Positions 8,961 through 16,726 of a stretch of 26,810 nucleotides of DNA are shown in pieces. The position numbers and the translations under genes are program-made. Under the pieces are notes generated by a model. That model was not told where the DNA came from. It searched no databases and saw nothing but the letters and a program-made list of their open reading frames with translations. The stretch comes from a virus (lineage: Duplodnaviria; Caudoviricetes): the IMG/VR virus record IMGVR_UViG_3300025470_000072, positions 1 through 26,810 of that record, one strand, 5' to 3'. Each line of letters opens with the position of its first letter. Positions within the stretch are counted from its first letter, which is position 1.

Positions 8961-10326
8961 CTGAATCTCCTATAACTGAACCGCAACGAGGACATACACG
9001 GCTGGACTTGGGGGCTGGCATCTTGCAATTTGGGCAGAACACCGCCATTGCTGCCAATGCGGTCATTGTTGCCGAGCCTTCACTCAATTCTGTAAGCGCC
9101 CACACTAGGGCATCCATGCGGTCAGGAGATTTCAGACTTACGCCCGGCTCCCACTCGCACATCTCTGTTTCTAAATCTGCGAAGTATCCAACATGGTGAA
9201 CTCTGCCTTGTTCATAAAGTGAGGCGATAGGTTCTGCGCGAACTGCTTTGCCGCGAGTAGCCGTCACTTTTTTAACTGGCACATTGGGATTAACTTGTTG
9301 CAATAGATGAACTACCAAATCGCCGCCGTTATTCGTTTCTGCGATGATGCGGTCTGCTTTATGTAGTTCAAAGGCGTTGATTGCTTTTCTTGCCCAAGCA
9401 TCGGGGCTGGCTTTAAGAGTGTCGTCTGCCAAGATGTAATAGTGACCGTCTGCCGTCATTCCTGCGGTGACGATACCGGTGGAGTCTGATTCCTCGCCTG
9501 AAGTAACGGCAGGATCTATGCCTACAACTACGCGAGTGAAAGCTAACGGCTCGCTTTGTACGCGAGTGGCTTCTATCTGTGCGCGATTCCATAGAGCGCC
9601 GGGGTTGTCGTCTAGGATTTCGCCAAAGAGTTCTTGACGACCGAGGCGAGTGCCAGCGTATCTATTCTGCATTTCGACAAGCGCTGATTGCGAAAGGTTG
9701 TCGGAGTTCTCAAAAGTTGATCCGCGTGTGACATAGGTAGTCTCGCGGGAGATTAAGTCCTTGATGATTTTAGTCGGGCGAGGCGTGGTCGTGATAACAA
9801 CCTGCGGGGTATTGCCGAGGCGAAGTCCGAACTGAAGCTGGTCGTATGCGTCAGGCTTTTCCCAAGCTGCCAACTCATCAAGCCAAGCGCCGTGATGTTG
9901 CGGGCCGCGAAGTCTGTCAGGTTCTTCGGCGGAGAATAATTTAATCTTTGAACCGTTGGTAAGAGTTATCTCACCTATCGAGCGGTTGTAAGTTTTGATT
10001 GCTTGATAGCGATTGAGTACCGAGACGATTCCCGACACACCTTCAGCACAAGTATCACGCACATCGGCGTAAGTTTTAGCGACTATCGCCCAGCGAGTCT
10101 TCGGGTTGGTTATCGCCTGATACGCCAGCCACTCCGATCCTGTCCTCGTCTTGCCCCACCCGCGCCCCGACAGGATCAGCCAAGTCTGCCAGTTCGTCTC
10201 CGGCGGTAATTGCGAGGGTCGTGCCTGAATCTTCTGCCATTGGATTCTCGCTTGAGCTTTCCTCAGCGTGTCTTTCGAGTAGCGCGGCAAGGTCTTTGAC
10301 TGCTCGGTCAATTGATTCATCGCCAT
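8929..10326 (-). CDS. terL: Terminase large subunit
   Basis: Walker A GRGWGKT, Walker B AWLDE, TTTP, nuclease motifs GIDPA and DRMDALVWA. Start uncertain (10326 or 10320). Confidence 0.95.
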   Translation of the reverse strand: MAMNQLTEQSKTLPRYSKDTLRKAQARIQWQKIQARPSQLPPETNWQTWLILSGRGWGKTRTGSEWLAYQAITNPKTRWAIVAKTYADVRDTCAEGVSGIVSVLNRYQAIKTYNRSIGEITLTNGSKIKLFSAEEPDRLRGPQHHGAWLDELAAWEKPDAYDQLQFGLRLGNTPQVVITTTPRPTKIIKDLISRETTYVTRGSTFENSDNLSQSALVEMQNRYAGTRLGRQELFGEILDDNPGALWNRAQIEATRVQSEPLAFTRVVVGIDPAVTSGEESDSTGIVTAGMTADGHYYILADDTLKASPDAWARKAINAFELHKADRIIAETNNGGDLVVHLLQQVNPNVPVKKVTATRGKAVRAEPIASLYEQGRVHHVGYFADLETEMCEWEPGVSLKSPDRMDALVWALTELSEGSATMTALAAMAVFCPNCKMPAPKSSRVCPRCGSVIGDSDASAINKSNA

Positions 10327-10687
10327 CCCATGTAGTTACATCTTGCTGAATCTTGATTGGTGTATCCAACCCTAAGAGTCTAGCGCGTCTTTCCATGAGG
10401 CGAACGATGGTGTTGATGGAGGCGTTGTCGCCCTTCATGGCTTTGGGCCATAGAGCCAACTGAAGGCGGTCTATACGGTCTAATTCGGCTTCTCGTAGCT
10501 CGTCTGCGGGTTGTTGCATGGTGCGCTTGATAGCCCGCTTATAAGCCGCGTATGCCCCTGTGTGGTCGGCGTAGCCTGTTTCCTCGGCTATGCGTTGCCA
10601 AGTGAGCCCAGCGCGGCGTAGTTCGAGGACTTTAATCTCTTTATCTACTAGCTCGGGGCTAGGAACTGCGGCATTGTGATTTGGCAT
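10076..10687 (-). CDS. terS: Terminase small subunit
   Basis: N-terminal HTH (LELRRAGLTWQRIAEETGY) and ERRARLLGLD; directly upstream of terL. Confidence 0.8.
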   Translation of the reverse strand: MPNHNAAVPSPELVDKEIKVLELRRAGLTWQRIAEETGYADHTGAYAAYKRAIKRTMQQPADELREAELDRIDRLQLALWPKAMKGDNASINTIVRLMERRARLLGLDTPIKIQQDVTTWDGDESIDRAVKDLAALLERHAEESSSENPMAEDSGTTLAITAGDELADLADPVGARVGQDEDRIGVAGVSGDNQPEDSLGDSR

Positions 10688-10694
10688 GGATAGA

Positions 10695-11888
10695 TTACTT
10701 ACTGTTCACAAGTTCGGCTTTTTGCCCTGTAAGGTTTTCCCATCGAGTGACGATGACATCGCAGTATTTAGGGTCTAGTTCCATTAAATAAGCTGTTCTA
10801 TTAAGTTTTTCGGCGGCTACAATGGTTGTTCCTGTGCCGCCAAATGTGTCCAAAACTAATCCGTTCGGTGGACAAAAATTGGCAATAATGTTTTCTGGCA
10901 AATACACCGGAAAAGTTGCTTTGTGGATATTAGCAAATTCATTACCAGATGCGTTTGCGCCTTCTATAACATTCCAATATGTACCTTGTCCAAATTGCGC
11001 GTTTTTAAATCGTCTTTTACCATCGCCAAAGCATAAAATAAATTCAACAAGGTTATTTACAATGCCCGGTTGAATATGTGGGGCAACAGTTGATTTTTTC
11101 CAATAAATAATATCTTTAAATTGATTGCGGTAATGAGCCAAAATATCAACAATAACACGCTTGTTGCCTTCAACTAACCCAATGTTATATAAAACTTCGT
11201 CACATACGGCAAAAATACAATCCAAATTAGATTTTATAAAATGTTCATATTCTGATTCAGATTGATTATCAACAAAAGAATTATATTTTTTTTCTGTTGT
11301 TTTGTTGCCTTTAATTTCTAATGATCCGGCGTTGTAAGGTGGCGATGTAAAACAAATTTCAGCGCGTTTTCCATCCATCAACCGCTCAACGATGGCTAAA
11401 TCCGTACTATCCCCACACATCAGCCTATGCCGACCTAATTGGTAGATATCGCCTATTTTAGTCTTAGGTTCAACGGGTGGTTCAAGAATCTCATCTTCAT
11501 CTACAGGCTCAATGTCAGCTAGAGCGGGTACTTCAAATCCTAATTCGGTGATATCCCACTCGGCATCTACAAGTTCCAAGAGTTGCTTGGCGAGTTCAGA
11601 TTCATCCCATTCAGCCAGTTCAGCCGTTCTATTATCGGCGAGCGCATAAGCCTTGGCGGTCTCGTCATCCCAATCATCAGGAACTTCGGCTACATCAATC
11701 TCTGTCCAGCCTAGAGTCTTAGCGGCCTCTAGCGTTCCATTTCCGGCAAGAACAACGCCACGATGGACAACGATAGGTTTGCGCTGACCGAACTTCTTTA
11801 GAGAAGCGGCGATAGCATCTAGGTTGCGCTGAGAGTGCTTTCGAGCATTTCTAGGGTCTAGGGATAGCTCTGTTATGGAAATCTTCAC
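10695..11888 (-). CDS. ParB/Srx-like domain fused to an N4C/N6A DNA methyltransferase (beta class)
   Basis: ParB motifs DPRNARKH, LAGNG, ADNR; MTase motifs TSPPY, HKATFP, DTFGGTGTT, ELDPKY. Confidence 0.9.
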   Translation of the reverse strand: MKISITELSLDPRNARKHSQRNLDAIAASLKKFGQRKPIVVHRGVVLAGNGTLEAAKTLGWTEIDVAEVPDDWDDETAKAYALADNRTAELAEWDESELAKQLLELVDAEWDITELGFEVPALADIEPVDEDEILEPPVEPKTKIGDIYQLGRHRLMCGDSTDLAIVERLMDGKRAEICFTSPPYNAGSLEIKGNKTTEKKYNSFVDNQSESEYEHFIKSNLDCIFAVCDEVLYNIGLVEGNKRVIVDILAHYRNQFKDIIYWKKSTVAPHIQPGIVNNLVEFILCFGDGKRRFKNAQFGQGTYWNVIEGANASGNEFANIHKATFPVYLPENIIANFCPPNGLVLDTFGGTGTTIVAAEKLNRTAYLMELDPKYCDVIVTRWENLTGQKAELVNSK

Positions 11889-12063
11889 GGTTGCCTCCCG
11901 TTAGTGAATTGCGAGCGTCTAACAAATCGTCAACGCTCGAAAGATAAAATTGCTTCTGTTGATAGGTCAGCCGATTGCCATAGCGGTCTTGTAACTTATC
12001 CCTCAAGTGAGCAAGGGCTTCGTCTATGTCGGCGATTGTGACTTCTTCTAGGGCTATTTGCAT
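11851..12063 (-). CDS. Hypothetical protein
   Basis: ATG 12063 after GAGAG; overlaps the next gene. Confidence 0.6.
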   Translation of the reverse strand: MQIALEEVTIADIDEALAHLRDKLQDRYGNRLTYQQKQFYLSSVDDLLDARNSLTGGNREDFHNRAIPRP

Positions 12064-12088
12064 GGCTCTCTCGTTACACGCCACCCAA

Positions 12089-12125
12089 TTATAGATAATA
12101 TAACTGAAAAGAAAAGCAAATGCAA
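12089..12125 (-). promoter_or_regulatory. Putative promoter upstream of packaging genes
   Basis: TTGCAT-17-TATATT plus a second TATAAT in an AT-rich gap. Confidence 0.45.
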
Positions 12126-12126
12126 A

Positions 12127-12309
12127 TTACTTACGGAGGATATGCACACGCGGTTTAGACTTTCGGCGCTTGTCGTATGCCGCCTGTAACTTATCCAAGT
12201 CGTATTGACCATTCACGCACTCTATCTCATCTTCCATAATCCAGTTGTAAACGGTGCGGTTAGTGACTTTATAGAGAAGGCTGGCTTGAATGACATTAAC
12301 TTTGGGCAT
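12127..12309 (-). CDS. Small HTH DNA-binding protein
   Basis: VIQASLLYKVTNRTVYNWI is a MerR/Xis-like HTH. Confidence 0.65.
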   Translation of the reverse strand: MPKVNVIQASLLYKVTNRTVYNWIMEDEIECVNGQYDLDKLQAAYDKRRKSKPRVHILRK

Positions 12310-12916
12310 CAAGCATCTTTCCAAGCAGTCGCCATTGGTGGGATTCCCAGACCGTACCGCATCGCCGGCACTTAATCTCTGAAGTGCGCTCTAGCTGAGT
12401 CGGGTCAATCTTGAGTTTAGTACCGCAGACTTCATCCTCTTTATTTATCGTGGGGCATTTGCCGATTATTATCTCGTCAGACTTCTTGCCAAGAATAAAC
12501 ATAATCTTGTTATGCGTAGAGATAATAACGGTGGCAAGGTCAACGGCTTCGTTGTAGTTCTTGTATGCCCAATCCCCGCGCTTAGATATGTATTCGCAGG
12601 TCATGGTGATTTTATTTATCTCTTGCCCGCGAAAGGTAATGCGCGTTTCGGATCGCGCCTCGCGCATCATGGCTTCGTGGCGCATGAGTGGAGTGCTAAT
12701 ACCGCCTGAGCGCATATTCAGGGTTTCGATACGAACTGGAAGCGGTGGAGTCTTGCTACCGGATACTTTCTCACCGCTTCGCCCGCTACTCGGAATCAGC
12801 TCGCGCTCTAGGTCGTAATATAAATCAGGAAACTTCACCAACCGCGACATGGCAAATTGCCAGCATGACGGACAAATATCATGCTGGCTATCCCTGCGAC
12901 AGTTGGCACATTTCAT
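12296..12916 (-). CDS. Zinc-ribbon hypothetical protein
   Basis: N-terminal CxxC..CxxC and C-terminal CP...C...CxxC motifs. Confidence 0.7.
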   Translation of the reverse strand: MKCANCRRDSQHDICPSCWQFAMSRLVKFPDLYYDLERELIPSSGRSGEKVSGSKTPPLPVRIETLNMRSGGISTPLMRHEAMMREARSETRITFRGQEINKITMTCEYISKRGDWAYKNYNEAVDLATVIISTHNKIMFILGKKSDEIIIGKCPTINKEDEVCGTKLKIDPTQLERTSEIKCRRCGTVWESHQWRLLGKMLDAQS

Positions 12917-13071
12917 TTATCGCGCTTGGCCTTAAACGCCAAAACATCAGCGCGGTTGTAATAGACCCTCTTGCCTTTTTTCTCTACCCAAGTTAACTGC
13001 TTGCGGTTTTGTAGTTGGTGCAGGTTGTTATGGGTAATGACAAGAAGCTCGCAGACTTCATCGCTTGTCAT
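12913..13071 (-). CDS. Small HTH protein, 52 aa (not in the ORF track)
   Basis: MTSDEVCELLVITHNNLHQLQNRKQL...YYNRADV; TAATG and ATGA coupled on both sides. Confidence 0.75.
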   Translation of the reverse strand: MTSDEVCELLVITHNNLHQLQNRKQLTWVEKKGKRVYYNRADVLAFKAKRDK

Positions 13072-13466
13072 TAGTTCCAAGAGCTACCCCACTCAGGCTC
13101 ATCGTTCTTAGGCTTTGAGAACTGTGATTTATTGGCAGACTTCAACACAATCGTAATGTCGTCAGCCTTGATTTCTAAACCTTGCTTCTGTGAGCCGTCT
13201 TTAGCTTGATAGGAGCTGACCTTGAGCGTTCCGACAACCTTTACGCGCTCGCCTTTGCGAACTGCATCAGTAACAAGTTCTGCTTGCTTGCCGAGGATAG
13301 AGGTGCGAAACCAAACCGTCTCGCCGTCAACCCAATCCTGACCCTTCTTCTCGCGTGGTGTGTACGCAAGCGAAAAAGACGCAACGCCAAACGACCCATT
13401 CTTGCCTTCGAAGAACTTAATCTCTGGATCAGTTCCTACATTTCCTACAACTTCAATGCGAGCCAT
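13071..13466 (-). CDS. ssb: Single-stranded DNA-binding protein
   Basis: GNVGTDPE, TVWFR, KGERVKVVGTL OB-fold pattern. Confidence 0.92.
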   Translation of the reverse strand: MARIEVVGNVGTDPEIKFFEGKNGSFGVASFSLAYTPREKKGQDWVDGETVWFRTSILGKQAELVTDAVRKGERVKVVGTLKVSSYQAKDGSQKQGLEIKADDITIVLKSANKSQFSKPKNDEPEWGSSWN

Positions 13467-13470
13467 CCTG

Positions 13471-13791
13471 CTATTCCAATCGTTCGTAGTTACCTTCGTT
13501 GTCTATTCTAACAACCTCAGCGCCGTGTAGGTGCATGGGGTAGTCGGCGGGATTAGCCCATGAAGGACACATCCAACCTTTCATCGTTGCCCGCGCCGGG
13601 TTGAGATGAATACTGTCTGTGCCGAGGTTATGGCACTTGTGATGAACGGCAATCAGGTTGCTTACTTCATCTTTTCCGCCGCGAGATTTCAGCTTGCGAT
13701 GATGTAAGGCAAAGTCGTCACCCGAACCCCCACACATCTCGCAATATCCTTTTGCGCGAGCTAATACCGTCTCGGCTATTTTCTTATCCAC
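13471..13791 (-). CDS. HNH endonuclease
   Basis: CEMC...HHR...GG...NL...CH; GTG start at 13791. Confidence 0.85.
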   Translation of the reverse strand: MDKKIAETVLARAKGYCEMCGGSGDDFALHHRKLKSRGGKDEVSNLIAVHHKCHNLGTDSIHLNPARATMKGWMCPSWANPADYPMHLHGAEVVRIDNEGNYERLE

Positions 13792-14317
13792 GCTTTTGCT
13801 CAACAATCAAGAAAGGCGGTGCGGTATATGGGTCTTTCTCGGAAGCAATCGTAAGAGCTTTCTTAATACTTGCACCTTGCTTAAGCGCCCCAATAGCAAG
13901 GCTGCTGCCACTACCAATCCCATAAATACCATCGGAATCAAGGCAGATAGCGAAATCATCAGCAATATCAAATACTTCACCGTGAACTGCAACCAAGAAC
14001 GCAAATCGTGTCTCGTCATCTTTATCATCTTCCAGCTTGAGGTCGTTGTCTTTAAAGCATTGCTTAAGCGCCGGGATGAACTTAGAAATCATGAAGTGAT
14101 ACAAGTCTTTCTTATCAGCTTCGGTTGGCTTGGGCGGGTTAAATATGTGTTGCGCCACATCGCAATACGAACTAAGACCAGCGCCAGCAATAAGGAATTG
14201 CCCGCGTTCGGTTATCTTGACCATCTTGGGGTGGGTGTATTTGCGAGTTGCGGTGACTAATGAATCCGATCCGATAACCACCTTGTCGGCGTATTGTCGG
14301 GCAACAATCGTGGTCAT
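13784..14317 (-). CDS. HslV/proteasome-beta-like Ntn threonine protease
   Basis: N-terminal MTTIV, DS, a Lys near position 30, IGSGS and DPYT. Confidence 0.8.
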   Translation of the reverse strand: MTTIVARQYADKVVIGSDSLVTATRKYTHPKMVKITERGQFLIAGAGLSSYCDVAQHIFNPPKPTEADKKDLYHFMISKFIPALKQCFKDNDLKLEDDKDDETRFAFLVAVHGEVFDIADDFAICLDSDGIYGIGSGSSLAIGALKQGASIKKALTIASEKDPYTAPPFLIVEQKRG

Positions 14318-14338
14318 GGGGATACCTTACACCATAAG

Positions 14339-14384
14339 AAAATATGCGTTTGAGCGCATATTTGTAGCTACAATGTAGCTACAA
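14339..14384. promoter_or_regulatory. Palindromic operator-like cluster
   Basis: AAATATGCG/CGCATATTT inverted repeat followed by two tandem TGTAGCTACA palindromes. Confidence 0.5.
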
Positions 14385-14388
14385 GCAC

Positions 14389-14420
14389 AAAGCCCCACAC
14401 CCTTGAGAAATGTGGGGCTA
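14389..14420 (-). terminator. Putative intrinsic terminator
   Basis: AGCCCCACA/TGTGGGGCT stem followed by TTGTGCTTGT. Confidence 0.55.
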
Positions 14421-14552
14421 AGGCAGACAACCGCGAGCGCAATCAACTGGAGGTAATCATGCGCTCAAGCGGTCGTACCTTCACGGAAGAGGAACGGCTC
14501 TTTCGTGAAATCTAGCGACTCACGCCCATAGGCGCGGTCAGGATTGTCATCC
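14420..14552 (-). ncRNA. Candidate structured sRNA with anti-RBS loops
   Basis: Consecutive hairpins whose loops ACCUCC(AGUU) and CCGUUC are complementary to early-gene leaders. Strand is inferred. Confidence 0.45.
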
Positions 14553-14984
14553 TTAATACCAGTAATGGCGATTCCAGAAGCGGAGTGCGTTGCAGGGAGT
14601 TGAGTATCGGTCACGAATATATCGTAACCCGACATTCACTTGCTGACTAACGCTTGCTAATGGCGATAATCCAATCCTCTGAGGAATACCCCCGGCGTGA
14701 TAAGAAACCGTTAACCCATCCACCACTAGCTTCACAGGAGTAGCGTTGTAGGCGTTTGGTCGCCAGTTACTCTCGTTAGTCCAGACGGTGACTAGGCATC
14801 TCCATTGGTAGGTGGAGTTCCATCCGTATTTATGAAGTTGTGAGTGTGCGTAGGCTTTTGCCGCTGCAGGTGTGCGCTCTATCGCATCCGTAAATGCTTT
14901 AGGGCTTTGCGCCACCGATGGACTTGCAAACCCGATCCCAACCGCAAGCGCGGCGACTACAAGGAAACGAGTCTTGAACTTCAG
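14553..14984 (-). CDS. Secreted lysozyme-like transglycosylase (SLT/Rpf/Apf-like) with signal peptide; putative CTG start
   Basis: ESNW, AGGIPQ, GLRYIRDRY, HYWY. Signal peptide KFKTRFLVVAALAVGIGFASPSVA lies upstream of the tracked GTG. Confidence 0.82.
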   Translation of the reverse strand: MKFKTRFLVVAALAVGIGFASPSVAQSPKAFTDAIERTPAAAKAYAHSQLHKYGWNSTYQWRCLVTVWTNESNWRPNAYNATPVKLVVDGLTVSYHAGGIPQRIGLSPLASVSQQVNVGLRYIRDRYSTPCNALRFWNRHYWY

Positions 14985-15019
14985 CGCGAACCAATCGCCG
15001 CCTGTTCCATAGCGTTCAT
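14981..15019 (-). CDS. uORF2, 12 aa MNAMEQAAIGSR
   Basis: GGAGG SD; its stop overlaps the CTG (CTGA). Confidence 0.5.
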   Translation of the reverse strand: MNAMEQAAIGSR

Positions 15020-15048
15020 CGTGTGCCTCCGTTGTTAAGTGCGTTCAT
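15016..15048 (-). CDS. uORF1, 10 aa MNALNNGGTR
   Basis: AAGGAGG SD; ATGA overlap with uORF2. Confidence 0.5.
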   Translation of the reverse strand: MNALNNGGTR

Positions 15049-15078
15049 TTCTGAACCTCCTTAGTCGGTTGTGGGTTA

Positions 15079-15084
15079 ATTATA
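15079..15084 (-). promoter_or_regulatory. -10 element TATAAT
   Basis: Perfect TATAAT about 30 nt upstream of uORF1; no clear -35. Confidence 0.5.
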
Positions 15085-15157
15085 GTGCATACAGAGCAGG
15101 TCTTACCCAAGACCATCCATTCTCCACACCCTCTGCATCGGGCGATATTCCACTCGT

Positions 15158-15391
15158 TCATGGCTGACCGTGTTTTGCGTACCCGGCGATGTCGAGCCAA
15201 GAATCCGCAAGGTCGGGATTAACTGAGATGCGTTGAAGCTTGAGAGCAATCATCATTTGAGCCACTTGATACGGCGCTAATGCGTAAGGCAGGTCAAGGA
15301 TGACCCCCCACATAATTCCTATCTTGCGAAAGTTCTCAGTCGGATCACCGTACTGCTCTTGACGCTCGGCAAGGATGTCGTCTAGCTCCAT
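15158..15391 (-). CDS. DUF6378-like protein (nucleotide modification associated)
   Basis: RQEQYGDP.ENF..I...W...MMIALKLQR...DSWLDIAGYA. Confidence 0.75.
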   Translation of the reverse strand: MELDDILAERQEQYGDPTENFRKIGIMWGVILDLPYALAPYQVAQMMIALKLQRISVNPDLADSWLDIAGYAKHGQP

Positions 15392-15525
15392 TAAAATTGC
15401 CAGCCAACATAAAACATCAAGAATTCAATATCCAAGCCGTACTTGCTGACACTAATACCTAACCCAAAACCCTTACAGATTCCGTAGGTAATCCAGCTAT
15501 TTTTTAACCGTAGTTCTCTATGCAC
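15391..15525 (-). CDS. Small hypothetical protein, 44 aa
   Basis: GTG start with AACTGGAG SD; alternating hydrophobic C-terminus. Confidence 0.55.
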   Translation of the reverse strand: MHRELRLKNSWITYGICKGFGLGISVSKYGLDIEFLMFYVGWQF

Positions 15526-15658
15526 TTGCCTTCTCCAGTTCTGTTTCGATGTTTTGTTTGATAACACAATGCTTGCAGACATAGACCCGAAAGCCCATAT
15601 ATAAGCCTTTATATAATTTTTTATTGGCGGCCGAGCAGAAACCACATTGAGCCATCAT
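15518..15658 (-). CDS. Small zinc-finger protein, 46 aa (ClpX C4-like spacing)
   Basis: MMAQCGFC...YVCKHC; ATGA-coupled; not in the track. Confidence 0.65.
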   Translation of the reverse strand: MMAQCGFCSAANKKLYKGLYMGFRVYVCKHCVIKQNIETELEKASA

Positions 15659-15759
15659 TTCACCCACTTGCGTTTCGCGGCAAAGTATCCATAGATTCCA
15701 AACGCAATGCCTACGGTGTCAATAAACGCAACCCACAACAGGGCAAGTTTCACAATCAT
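15655..15759 (-). CDS. Small membrane peptide, 34 aa
   Basis: MIVKLALLWVAFIDTVGIAFGIYGYFAAKRKWVK; ATGA overlaps on both ends. Confidence 0.6.
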   Translation of the reverse strand: MIVKLALLWVAFIDTVGIAFGIYGYFAAKRKWVK

Positions 15760-15938
15760 CGCTGAGGTGTCCAGTTCACTCGGTAACTTTTTGCAAAAAC
15801 GGTTAACTCAAAGATGCGGTTATTCGCGTAATAACTTGGCATGAGGCGCAACTTTAAGTATGGCTTGCGGCGCTTGTACCGGGGAAAAATTGAAAGGTGA
15901 ACTTCTCGCCCAAAGATTCTTTTACGAAATGTTTTCAT
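15756..15938 (-). CDS. Basic hypothetical protein
   Basis: MKTFRKRIFG; ATGA-coupled with GGAGG SD. Confidence 0.55.
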   Translation of the reverse strand: MKTFRKRIFGREVHLSIFPRYKRRKPYLKLRLMPSYYANNRIFELTVFAKSYRVNWTPQR

Positions 15939-16105
15939 TTTGACCCTCCCCAACCGCCCCCGCGAAATATCGCTGGCGTTGCTTGAAAGACTTTCGACAT
16001 GGGCTTTTTGCACTCAGGGCAATCGGGAGCAATATCCTCATAAAACCCTTGGTGCAATTCCATAAACGCTTTACATTTATTGCATCGGTATTGGTAGGTT
16101 GGCAT
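15935..16105 (-). CDS. FmdB-family zinc ribbon protein
   Basis: MPTYQYRC..C...CPEC...FRGGGWG. Confidence 0.85.
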   Translation of the reverse strand: MPTYQYRCNKCKAFMELHQGFYEDIAPDCPECKKPMSKVFQATPAIFRGGGWGGSK

Positions 16106-16386
16106 TAGAACAATCCAATCTGACCGTACTGAGACGAAACCCAGACGATGCACTCGTTACCATTAGCGTTCTTGCGTAGCTTGCCTGACTCGTAAATCAA
16201 GCCATCTTTAAGAAGGCTAAGGCGAGTTGGGCGCAAGGTGTCGCCTGACATACGAAGCGCGGCTTGAATCTCTTGATCCGTAGCGCCGTTCTCCATTTGG
16301 TCAATGATGTATTGATTGACCTTTGCTCGGTTAGACCCCATGCGAGGTTCGGCTTTAATTTTCGCGGCGATAGATGTGGCTCTCAT
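16105..16386 (-). CDS. Winged-helix hypothetical protein
   Basis: GATDQEIQAAL...TLRPTRLSL..DGLI...IVW. Confidence 0.65.
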   Translation of the reverse strand: MRATSIAAKIKAEPRMGSNRAKVNQYIIDQMENGATDQEIQAALRMSGDTLRPTRLSLLKDGLIYESGKLRKNANGNECIVWVSSQYGQIGLF

Positions 16387-16637
16387 TTCTTATCCCCCAA
16401 TGCAATCTGAGCGCAAGCGTCTTGAACCATAAGCGCGACATTCTCAATACCAAGCTTCACGATGCGCTTGCGATCCGTGACAAGCGGTAGGGCGCAAATC
16501 TGCTCGTAAATGCCGAGGCGAATCTGAGCTTCTAGGGTTGAGATGACTTGCTTGGCAAGCTCCTGCCCCTCCGGGGTATCAAGAATTAACTGACCATTCT
16601 TAACGCTCCAATGGTTTTCTTTGCAGACGAATTTCAT
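16383..16637 (-). CDS. Hypothetical protein
   Basis: Coupled ORF. Confidence 0.65.
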   Translation of the reverse strand: MKFVCKENHWSVKNGQLILDTPEGQELAKQVISTLEAQIRLGIYEQICALPLVTDRKRIVKLGIENVALMVQDACAQIALGDKK

Positions 16638-16726
16638 TTGGTCAGCCTTTCCTCAATGTCAAACACGATGGATAGAAATACAACAACAAGCGCGGGTAAG
16701 CCTACTAACAATAAAAGCTCAGTCAT
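16634..16726 (-). CDS. Small membrane peptide, 30 aa
   Basis: MTELLLLVGLPALVVVFLSIVFDIEERLTK; GGAGG upstream; ATGA overlap. Confidence 0.55.
   Translation of the reverse strand: MTELLLLVGLPALVVVFLSIVFDIEERLTK

Noticed and set aside
15526-15645. N-terminal part of the tracked 84-aa ORF 15391-15645
   Set aside because: Better explained by the zinc-finger ORF in another frame plus an SD-supported GTG at 15525.
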